DNA from: Ramazzottius varieornatus
Lineage: Eukaryota > Animalia > Tardigrada
Length of the DNA: 64,000 nucleotides
NCBI GenBank assembly: GCA_001949185.1
Contig: BDGG01000004.1
Coordinates: 3,443,777 to 3,507,776, forward strand
Reading direction: 5' to 3'
This document shows, in pieces, positions 13,451-25,400 of the stretch (positions within the stretch are counted from its first letter, which is position 1; each line of letters starts with the position of its first letter). Below the pieces are notes generated by a model. That model was not told the DNA's origin. It saw nothing but the letters and a program-made list of their open reading frames with translations, and did no database searches. A program made the translations under genes and the position numbers.

Positions 13451-15444
13451 CGCAGTTTCTACGTGAATAAGCCGTCGTTCTTCCCTCGTCTCTGGATGTG
13501 TTTTGATACGCTGAAACAGGAAATGAAGTCAGTTCGCCGAAACCCAAGAAAACGTTGTACAGGAGGGTCCAAAATTTTGTCTTTGTAACGAAACTAGAAG
13601 GACAGAGATGTGAATTTTTTTTAGCTTGCAGGGAGCATCTTTTCACGTCGGAACTTCGTGGTTTCCGGAGTGAAGATTAGTCCTCTGCGATTTTTGATCT
13701 GTCGTGACCTGATTTCGATAGCTGGGCGGAAATGGCGTTGATGACACGAAGCCTTTTTTTCTTCCTTTTTAATTCCAGGAAGAAAAAACTGAAATTGATT
13801 CGTCTTGTAAAGTGTCTGTTGGGCTGCCTGTAAGAGAAGGATCAGTGTCTGATCTGGGAAAGTTGAATGGGAAGGCGAGCCGGAATTAAGGGCAATCCTA
13901 CTAGTATGTCTACATAATTTACGCCGGTTGAGAGCCCTTGAGTAGGTTCCTTCATCAATTCAGGTGCGTCCAGAGCTAATTTGGCGCATACATGCGGTCT
14001 TTCTTCAATAAACGTGCGGCGGGGGAACAAGTGCCATGTGGCTTTGGGAAAGCGACAGCCATCGGTCAATATTTACTGGCCTACTCCCACCGGCTTCTTT
14101 CCCCCGCTTGAACATCCCAGGATCCATCCTTGGCCCCAAGATCAGCATAGAAGGCATATCCTTCGCTAATTACGGTGAAAATCTGAATTCCTTCGTGATA
14201 TTTCTGCATGCAGAGCTTTTTGAGGCTTTGTGTTATTTGCCGTTGGGAGTCTAGCGATAGTATATATATTCTATGTTGGAAACGGATTTTTCGTGACTTG
14301 GACTAAGCGTTCGATACGTTGTCTTTGGAAAAAACGTGAAGCGTTGTCACTGCAGCAAAAAAAACAAAGAGGAGATCCGATGTTTGAATTGCATGTGATA
14401 CGGTTTTTGTGGGATGGAATTACCAGTGCGTCGTACGCGGCTTCCGTTCCAGCAGAAACCTCTGGAGACCGATGTGAATGACACGCAGCGCTACTTACGA
14501 TCAGGTCCATCTTCACGAATGGCATGAAGGTTCGTCAGAATGGGAGAAAGAAAGCTACGGACCTGTGCTCTTGTACAAAGGGAGGTTTTATGTGGGAGGC
14601 GGAGAGGTGAAGGAACGGAACCGTCCGAAATGACTCTTTTCCGGAAAGGAACGCAGGCTTTCCGCTTGCAGGTTCATTCGTGTGAAATGGATCGCATGAT
14701 TTGTCCTTCGGGACTTTATACACTTTCTTGGCTATTTTTTAGCCCCGATCATCAACCTCTTTGCACTTTGTAGTCAGTTTCTCTTCCAGGGCGTTTGCTC
14801 GAACAAAACCCAGGATCGATATGGAGAAGGGATGATCGAAGTCAGACGAGAGGCTTTAACCACTACTGTACACAAAGGCCGTCTAATGGAAAAATACAAG
14901 GCTGGAGCTCAAGAGTCCAAAGCGAGACATGGACCGGAAGTATCGTGTCCGCGACGGGGCGGCGGGTCGATGCATTCTCTTTGGTTGCGTAGTCAGATCC
15001 GCCACATATCGTTTTCCATGTGTCCTGTCAATTTCAATTGGTGTTTACAGCCGCAGAGGAGAAACGGTAGTTATGGACAAAGCAAGTCTGGACGCGGTCT
15101 TGAATGGACGCTAATATCATAGTTGTTAATGGATATAATGATATGTGCCAATATAGTGGTTGATAGAAAGAGTGGACTCTGGTCATGCTCCATGAAGCCA
15201 TTCGATCCGCCAACCATGAAGACATTGTTTCGTGATGTTGTGATGCGCTTCCTCTGTTTGCGTTACGGTCCCGCACCTTCTGCTGCTGGCTTTAATGCGT
15301 TTTCTCGAGATCTTTCTGATTTTCTTCCTGAAAGAAGCCTCCAGTTTCCTGCCGAAATCATGGGATTATGTTTCGTCTTTCCTTGCTTTCCTCTGTAGCT
15401 CGTACTTCAGCCCTGATCAGTTGTTGTAGTTGAAAGTGTCGACA

Positions 15445-15502
15445 TAGCGCCATCTACCGTAGAGCCGGTGTTGTGTTGTACATTCGGCAACAGAGGGCGC
15501 CA
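15445..15502. promoter_or_regulatory. Divergent pair of CTCF-like motifs
   Basis: Minus strand ACGGTAGATGGCGC and plus strand GCAACAGAGGGCGC each match 12 of 14 positions of CCASYAGRKGGCRS; they lie about 30 bp apart in non-coding DNA. Confidence 0.4.
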
Positions 15503-18500
15503 CAGATTCGGTTCCTGGTTCTGGAGGATCTGCAGTACACATGGTAGGAACATTATGTCGTGCAGTATCGATTCTCGATGGTTCGGGATGTCAAATGAAA
15601 CTGACTAGTTTTCACACTTATGTACTAGTACTTCAGTGTTAGTGCATGGTGTGGGTGATATCCGCACGGGTATTATAGCACGATAAAAAAGAGTACGGGG
15701 GCTTTGAAATGGATCCTCTTCTGAAACTCAGTGTTCGTGTTCGTTACGTAAGGACGGAAGAGCTGAACCGGAAAAGTAGTCTGGTGGAATTTAGACTTCA
15801 ATAAAAGGAGAAGAAGATTGTGAGCTTACGGTTTAACGGCAAAAGCGGATAGATCATTTGAGTGTTGTCCTCGGGACTTACATGTACAGTAGTGCATTTA
15901 GGCTCCGCGCATTGAAGCGCTTTATATTTGTTTATTTTGTGGTAAACTTGGCTGCTAACAATCGTATGGCGCTGGTCTTTTTATATTGGGAATTCAAAAG
16001 GCGAAGAAATCGCTGTCAATCGATTGCTTATATATTGTCATACTTTCTTTGCAAGATGAGGTCCCTCTGGGCAATCTTTGAACGGTTTCTCCCAAGTCAA
16101 CACCACGTCGATGTTGCTGGAGCGTATTGGGTAAAGGGTCAGATGATATGGGGCATTTATACACCCGAGCTCTTTACCAGCTCTTGTGGTCCTCAAATTG
16201 AATAGCGGCGACTGGGGACTCCACAGTAGCTTCCTTGTATGAATGCATGGCGAGAGATGGAAGATAGGGTTTCCCCTGCGATAAAGTAACTTAACCAACT
16301 TCTCCCAATATTAACTCACATCAGGACTCTTTCTTCTTTCATGCCTTCTTTCACTCTATCCCGAATAGAGTGACAGTGGCTGCTGGCAGCAACATTCCTG
16401 ACCTCATTTTGTCACTATGAGCGCAAAAGAGAATCACTTGACTTGACGCGGTCATAATGTCATTTTAACATCTTATCATTTTAGGAAATGAGTATATTCT
16501 ACAATAGAACAAGCTGGGATGGATTGTCTGGTGAATTTGATTAACAGTGACGTGGACTCCTTGAAGGGAGGGCGGGTACTTGCCATGGCCGAAGGGTATC
16601 TTCGTTTCATATTAGCGAGAAGTATCCGCTCGATTAGCTAATTGTGTTGCCGGATTGTCATTCGTGATACGAAATGCTCTCTGGGATAGAACCATACCGC
16701 AGAAAGTTTAGCCTTATGACTGAGGTATCAAAATACCACTGTGGAAAAAAAGGAAGAACTGATGCGAGAAAAATAAGACCATTAGGGTGCATGCATTTCT
16801 GGTTCTTCGAATTGCAGCCGACTAGGACTGTTTCCTGATGTGTTGGAAATAGCGGAGCTCGATGATATGGAGCGCATTATCTGCAGATATTAATCTGATT
16901 AATGTTCCTAATCCATATTGCTCATCTTGCATGACCTATAAGCACACTCATTCTTCCCACATCCGATGCCATTTTCAAACAAATTGACTGACGCGAGGTC
17001 TTCGCACACGGGACCCTCTAGTCATACTGAATGCTGAACGTTGAATCACTCTTCTCCTGCGGCTCGATGAAGAAAACTAAACCTTAAACCAAGCCACTCT
17101 AATCCAGAAAGAAGCGGTCTTTGATATTACAAATTTTTTTCACAGCCGGGGAAAACGTAGAGTGGACATCGGGTCACTGAAAACTTAAGGAACCTTTCAC
17201 TCATTGGGCATCCTTAGGTATAAAAGTATTCTCAGGCTTAAAAATTCTCTAGCTGTGAATGTTCCTGCCATGAAACGTTTTCGAAGTTCTTCACAGAAGG
17301 ACAGTGGACCGAACCAGGAAACGCCATTTTTTGTTGGGGGAATAGTAGGGATGATGAGTGTTTATGGTCGCTCAGTACAAGAGGATGATGGCCATATTTG
17401 AGGAAGTACTGTCTATGAATGTTCAATATTGCTGAAGTATGGCTTGCATGCTGGGCTAGCCGGTCTGGATGAGTGATGTTGATCCGTGACGTATATTCGT
17501 GCTATGCGTGATTCCAGCGATTAGCTTCCCCGCTAGCAACACCACATTTTTTGGCTGATCCCTCTGATCCAGACGTCCCTTCTGTATAGCAGAAATATGA
17601 ACAGAGGATGAAGCTAACTTAGCTGTGGAGCGGTCCCGGGAACTTTTAACAGCTAGAGCTAGCCTTCGTTCTCTGTCGTTTATCCCCTCCTTTTCTTTTG
17701 GTGATCGTATTCCCGTGTTTGATAGGCTAGGGTAGGGCTGACGAGAAATAATTTCGATCGCGTCGGCCTGGCTACTGTACATGTTTATCCAACTGTAATA
17801 TTTCATTGCATCGTATATATGTTTTTCCTTGCTCCATCCTGGCTACGCAGTTGCCATCAGTATTCAGCAGCGGCTGCCGCCTTGTTTGCTACAAATAGTC
17901 GTCTTCCGCAATTAGCTGCGTTGCCCTCTTTTGTGAGGAACCCCACTTTATTGATTTGGCTATTTGGTGCTACTTCATTATAGTAATTAGTCATTCCCAT
18001 TTATCGAGCCCTTGCCCGCCCGACAAAAGAAAATTCCTCCTTGCTTTGCTGAAAACTCGACATTCGGGGACATGTGGACAGCTGCCTTTTCGGCTTTCCG
18101 TTTAGCTCTTCCTGATTGCTTTCATCCGATATTCTGCTTATGAGGATGAGAAAGCCCAAGTTACGGGTCAAAACGTGTGTGTCGAGTGCCTTCATTCTTG
18201 ACTCTCCATGACTGGAATATGTTAACGTCAGAAATCTTCCTGAACATAATCCTCTTGACGCGTAAGTCTTTTTCCATGTCAACTCAGCGCGATGCCGGAT
18301 AACGCGCCTTTTTGGTGGGGAAATCCCTAGTTGTGTTTGTAATTACTTAGCTGTGTTGGTCGGGACCTCTTATGTACAGTCTGCGACCTTCACAGCGCCA
18401 CATAACGAGGTGTGTGGAGAACTATGACTGTGCAAATAGTACTTGGATGTGCTCAAACTGTATGCTCAGCTGGGAAGTTTTCGTTTATTTTCTCATGTTT

Positions 18501-19452
18501 GAGATGTTTGTGCGCTAATTTGATTGGCGCTAGTCCAGCTACCTCCTGCGTTACAGAGTTCCTGATCAAAATAACTGTCCAAGCAAATATTCAGAGCAAT
18601 TCTGAATGTAATATACTTCGGCTGGCTGTTCGTGCGGCTAAAAGGTATACGTATTATGCTGCAGTGTCGTCGGTGATTCTGCCGAATGATCACGAGGAAG
18701 TACAAAAGTTACATTGTACTTGTAGAGTGCTGTGAACACTTTTATGTTTTCCTGCGATCATGCAGGTAAACTAGTGCGTTGTCTCTCACTTAAGACCTCA
18801 GATCAATACTCTTCGAATTCCGACTTTCAAATCAGGTCTGAACAACGTGTAAAATCTTGCATTTCTTGCACCTTTTCAAAATGTGACAGAAAGTAGTTGT
18901 AGGCAAGGTTTTGAAGTGGTCCACGCCGTCAGATACGCTGTCTTGTTGTTAGGTGAAAAAAGATAGGTCTCGCCATCAGCATCCGAGATCCTTACGATCT
19001 CATTGTTTCAGGCAAAAAGAAGCAGGATTCGCTGGGTTATCGGAATGGGTACCAATATGTGAAATATCTCTCACGTAAGGATTTACAATACTGAGAACTC
19101 CATTAGCTTCATTCACATCAGATTAAATTTCGCACATGTACTGGGGCAATCCGACTGTCAAGCGCAATCAGCTCTTTGATATCCAGCCATAGCCCGTAGG
19201 CCTTGATGCGTTATGTAAAGTTCTTGTGGGGAATAAGATTTAAAAGAAGATATATAGCGGATCAACCGCATCGTTGACCTTGGGCATCCCTTTCGGAATT
19301 ACCATTAGTAGAGTAGCATAACAGAAACGATTATCCTACAATGAATCCAGTGTGCACAATTTGCTCACTGGCAAATGCACTTCTGCGCCACATGGGCTTT
19401 TTGTAAAGTGTGACCATATCGATATCCCTTCTTACAGTGGTTCCGTTTTCAG

Positions 19453-22400
19453 ATGCGCCGCAAATAATCACACCTCCACAAGACACTACTGGTAAGTTAT
19501 CCACACTTGTCTTCAACGTAAAGTAACTCCCACTTCCCAGTTGAATTATATCATCTACAGCCATACACGGGAAAGCAGTCAGTTTCATCTGTCGCGCTTC
19601 GGGGAACCCAAAGCCAAGGATCATTTGGCAGAAGAATGGCAAGCGGGCATCGTCGTCAAGAATTCTCATCAAGGAAGTACCTGGCGGAAGTGCCAGTGTC
19701 TTACGCATCGAGCCGGTCAAAGAAAAGCGTGACGATGCGGTGTACACGTGCATGGCGGAAAACGGGATCGGTGAACCTGTCACCGCATCGGCCAAGCTGA
19801 CTGTCGTGAAAGGTATATTTTGTTCTTCCGATGGTCTTCAAGTGTGGAGGTTTTCTAAAAGGTGTTTGGTCTAGATGAGGACGTCCCGTCGGGCTTCCCA
19901 AAGATTCTTCATCATCCCCAAATAAAGTCGGTGGAGAAGGGCGGCAACGCGGTGATGATCTGCCAAGTGGACGGGAATCCGCCACCAGAGGTGACATGGC
20001 TGAAAGACAATATCCCCATCGAGCTGGACAGTAGCCACTACACTTTGTTGGATCAAGGTTTGTGCCTTTGCAGAGCGGGGGTGAAAATGTTGACATGGAC
20101 TTATCGATTGTTCCACTTTCAATGGGTGGGAAGTTGCATAACAAACCATCTTCTGATGCGTGCCGCACTTCTTTATAGGCTCTCTCCAGATCAGACAAAC
20201 TGTTGAACAGGATGAGGGCGACTATGAGTGCCTGTAAGTCCCGTCCATGCAGCCCTAACTTGCGGTCCCACACTCAAAGACGCGGATGTTTAACTCTGCT
20301 GTTTGTCGTAGGGCTAGATCGCCCATGGGAGCCGCTCAGAGCTTTGCTGCAAAGCTTTACGTCAAAGGTACTTGTTCCATTTTTACCAACCGGAAATTAC
20401 ACGCGATTACATGGGCTTTGCCTTGTGTGTTTTTCAGTCCGACGAGTTCCTCCCTATTTTTCCATCCCTTTCAGCAGTAGCTACTCCGTTGCACCCGGTT
20501 CCGACTTGAATGTTACGTGTGTTGCAGCCGGCTCTCCGCTCCCGTTTGTCAAGTGGCGAGAAGGTATCCAACCGTTTGGTCACGCACCATTCCTTACTCT
20601 GTTGATACTCGCATCTTCACCATATACAATTAATTATACAATTGAACTGGAAAATAAATTGTTAATGGCCTTATTTGATTACTGAGAATAATTTAGAGCA
20701 GTATCTGACATTTGCGATGCGTTTTTCAGCTGGTACAGATATGATCCAGCCAGGTGAAGAATCACCCGCCATTGGCAAGACAGTACTGCAACTCAAGAAT
20801 ATCAGAAGAAACACCAACTTCACCTGCATCGCGAGCTCTGAACAAGGGCTGATCGAAGCGCACACGCATGTAAACATTGACGGCACCGCCGGCAAGTCCA
20901 GGATGTCTCATCAGCCGGAAAGCAGCGCGTCGTCCGCCAGCGCAGACCTGCCGCAGCCTCCCCGAAACCTAAAGATCAGCGAAGTAACCTCTAGTTCCGT
21001 GATGCTATCATGGCAGGCGGGTGGTTTCGACGAACCTGTCAAGTATTACGTGGTCCAGTACAAACCTCGAGACTCCGCGCAAGGCTACTCGGAAGTGAGC
21101 GGTATCACGACAACCAGTCATACGGTGACGAACCTGAAACCCTACGTGCTGTACGAGTTTCAAGTCTTGTCGGTGAACGATCGTGGACGCGGACTACCAA
21201 GCGACGTGGCTGAAATGACCACACTGGAGGCTGAACCCGGAAGTGCTCCACGAAATGTTCGAGCGAAAGCGCTGAGTTCCACCAGCCTTTCGGTAGAGTG
21301 GGACGCGCCACTTTCACCGAACGGGCAAATTGTGGTACGTTGTACTGACCTTATTGAACGATATGAGTTATTCATGTAATGTGCTTTGTAGGGTTACAAG
21401 GTCGCGTACTCTAGTGATTCTCGGCTCCCGATCAATAGCTGGAAGTCCGATATGGTTGGCAACAACCTGCAGGCGACACTGTCTAGTCTCGAAGCCAAAG
21501 TCTTTTACACAGTTCGTGTCCAAGCGTGGACAAACGGTGGACCTGGGTCTTTCTCCCGACCAGTACAAGTCAAGACCCAGCACGGAATACCCGGCCAAGT
21601 CACCGATGTCTCGGTCACATCCTCGTCGCTAGACTCCTTCCGCGTGAAATGGACACCTCCTGCCTCGTCAGGTCATCCCATCACTGGATACAAGATCTAT
21701 TACAACTCCACGACCGGTGCATATGGCTACGAGAACGTGGATGCATCGACGGTTGACTATACAGTGCGCAGTCTGCGACCAGGTACGGACTATGTGGTCT
21801 ACGTGGTTGCGTTGAGTACAGCTGGCGAGAGTCCGCCGTCGGATCCGGTCAAGGTATCGACGAAGGCCTCAAAGCCTATCGCTCCACCGCGGGACTTGAA
21901 AGGAAAGTACTTGGATAGCCGGCGCATCGAAGTCACATGGCAGCCTCCAGAAGACGAGACGCAGCGAGGTCGCATCATCTCGTACAAGATCTACTATCAA
22001 CCGAACGACCAACAGGAAGGCGATCCACTTGTGGTTACGGCCGATGGCGAAGCGCGACGGTTTGTCCTGAGAGATCTGTCGGTGTGGACCGAGTATAAGA
22101 TATGGATGACTGCCAGCACCGGCATTGGAGATGGTACCTTTCAGTCCTTACTTTTTCATATTAGAAATTTGTGCATGTTTACTAACGATATCGCTTGCAG
22201 GTCCGCCAACTGAACCAATCATCGTTCGAACGGACGAATCAGGTAACCAATTTTACGTGCGGTTGTTCCATCCAACACTGTTCAATATTCGCTGTCTCGT
22301 ATTGTAATTGTTCAGCCAGCGAATTCTCTGCGCGTAAAGCCATATAACAAAATAGAGTGACACTTCTAACTCTTGCGTGTTTGTCTCTTTGTGCTGCGTA

Positions 22401-25400
22401 AATGGCAGGGATGCCAAATAGAATTCGTAAGTATACATTATCATTGAATGTCTCCCGACTAGGGTTTATGTACTGTAATCTGCGTTCTGCACCGTCTTCT
22501 ACTGTGTGGTCCAATCGGTTCAAATGCGCTTTTGTGCACCGTTTTTCCTTCTTCACCCGAATGGTATTTAAAGCAATTCTTTTCATTACAGTACCGGAAA
22601 AGCCCAGGAAAGTTAACGTTGTGGTGAAGAACGCAACTTCCATCGAAGTTGATTGGCTTCCTCCCACGCACAAAGGACAAAATGGCGTCATCCGAGGCTA
22701 TCTCATTTTCGTGCAACCAGTTGACGAGCGCGATGAGTTGATTGGCGACACATTGTATGCAAAGCAGTAAAAAAGTCATTATCGAACTTTCTGAACTTTA
22801 ACGATAACATGGTTCTCTTGTTGTTCATTCTAGCAAGTACAACATTATGGACGGGAACGCTAATCAGTACCTCATTTCGGGTCTCAAACCCGACACCAAC
22901 TACAACATCCAGGTCTGCGTTTTGCCTTTTTCAGTCAGAACAGACAGTTCGGAGAACCAATAAGCGTCAAATGACGGTTGGTATGTTCGTAGGTTGGAGC
23001 TTACACCCGATCGGGCGATGGCGAACTCACCAAGTCGAAGAAAGTGCGAACTCAACCGGGACTTCCGGGTGCGCCACGCATGGACGATGTTAAGCTGTCC
23101 GAAGATCAGGGAAAAGTGGTCGTTAAGCTCCACTGGAAGAAGCCAGATCAAACCTACGGCTTGCTGAAAGGTTTCCGGGTGACTTACGGCAAGAAAGGAG
23201 CACCCAAGGACCAAATGATCGTCAAAGACATGCTGGCGGGCGATGAATTCATTAGCATCGAAGGCTTGAGTAAGCATGACGAATTTTGAAATTGGGTTGA
23301 ACATTGACTAAGCACGTTATTCTTGATCGTAGGTCGTGGTGTCCCTTATGAATTCAAAGTCGCTGCCATCAACAGCTTGGGTGCGGGATCTGAAGCCACG
23401 AAAGAAATTCTCATGCCGGAAGGAGGTGAGTTTCTTCGCACCAGCTACTGTATGAGCTGAAAAATTTAGCTGAAATGAGATAACTTATTCGAGAAGAGCC
23501 TGCTATTACATAAACGTGTTTTTCCGGTCTCGTAGTACCGACCGGGCCTCCGCAGAATATCTCTTACCGGTTCGACTCTCCGTCAGCCGTTCACATATCG
23601 TGGGATTCACCGATCCCCGATATGCAGAATGGTCAGATCATTATGTACACTGTCTACTTCGACACCAATGGCTCCGTAAGCAAGACCAACGTAACAAAGC
23701 CTGAGTTCAACTTCGATAAGCTGGAGCTGAGAAAGGAATATGTATTCCGGATTTCTTCGTGGACCAAGAAAGGAGAAGGCCGAAGTAGCCAGAGCATTGT
23801 CATCACGACGCCGGCTGAAGGTTTGTAATTTCTCCAGATGTTGTTCACGCAGCTCACGCTGCACGCTTCCGTCACACCCCACTAACCTTAATTACTTTAA
23901 CCACTCACAGTTCCGCCTGCCCCGGACCACGTGCGCGCTGCTGCTGTTAACACCACTCACGCTCTTGTCTGGTGGAATGCCGTTCCTGACACCAACGCGC
24001 TAAAAATTGTTGGCTACAAGGTAGAGTGAAATACTTGAGATTTCGACAATAAAATGTAGATTATATTTAGTGCTCGCTTCCCTAAAACCGGAATAAATTT
24101 CTGGCTTAATATTCTAACTTAAATAAATTTATTCAAACTCGCATTACAAAAATAGCCGGAAAAAAGATAACTGGAACGCTAAAGGTGGCCTTTGTAGGTT
24201 ACGTACGCTTGTGTGAACGAGCCTCGCCACTTGTGCACACATGCAGGAACTGTCGATGTGGACCACTCGACATCGGCGCTTCTGGCGAATTTGCAGAGTG
24301 AAAGAAACTACTCTGTATTCGTGGCTGCGAGAACGCAGCGGAGTGTGGGACAGCTGTCACGCAAAGTGGTGTTTCGTGTTGCTCCTGAAGAGGTCCCGCG
24401 GGATGTGCAAGTAGTGACTATCGCCAAAGATTCCATCACGCTGAGATGGAAGGCGCCTCTGGTGGTCATTCCTTCCCGCTACCATGTCTCCTACAAAGGC
24501 AAGAAAGTCTTCCAGGACCCGGAAGGTAGCACTCAGATACGGCAAACACCGAGAGGATTCAATGAGACTGCCAGCACCGAAATGACAATCCTCGGACTGC
24601 GACCTCACACTACTTATCACATCAATCTGACAGCCATACCGCAAGATGGCAGCCACACTCCAGCTGTGCAGCTAGAAGTCAGGACCGCTGTGGATGGTAA
24701 GCGATAACCTCACCTGCAACGCTCTGACAGTCCCTTGATCAGTCGTCCCTAATTTCAGTTCCGCCTCTGTTGTTTCCTCCAAACTTCACTTCCGTCACTA
24801 AGAAGGAGATGATCAGGATACAACTGAAGCGCGCCACGGAAGAGTTTGGACCAATCAAGCACTACTTGGTCGTTGTTGTTCCCAGTAACCTTGCTACCAA
24901 GCATCCAGACAACTACACTCTAGCCGAGGTTCGTAGTTTGTGATAATAGAGTGCCTAATGCATCGCTGATGAGCGTACTTTGACGGAGCGTCGTTTTTTT
25001 GCAGCTTACAAAGCACGAGCTTCCCAATGGGAACGCCCAGCGCTCCGGCAAAGTCGACTACCCATACATCGCTGCCAAGTTCAGCCGGGATACTTTGCCT
25101 TCTCTGTTCGACATAGGCGATGGACAAGTGTACGAGACGTACCTGAACCGGCCCATTCAGCCCGCGATGAACTACAAGATCTTCGTTCGTGCCTACGTCG
25201 ACAGTCCAAATATCGTAAGTTTCACTCAACCTACAGATCATCTTTCCAATTATGAGGTTTTCTGTTATCTAGACGGAACCCATGTATACCAGTAGTATCT
25301 TCTCGGAGGACGTTAGCACAGACAAATTAAGCGGTACTGTCATGCCTTTGGAGAACCAAGTAGCGCCGGTTCAGAAAGGCTCCTTCAGCATGTGGTGGAT

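Noticed and set aside
15100-15240. Ankyrin-like WTLVMLHEAIRSANHEDIVS fragment
   Set aside because: Bounded by stops, with no second repeat or coherent gene model
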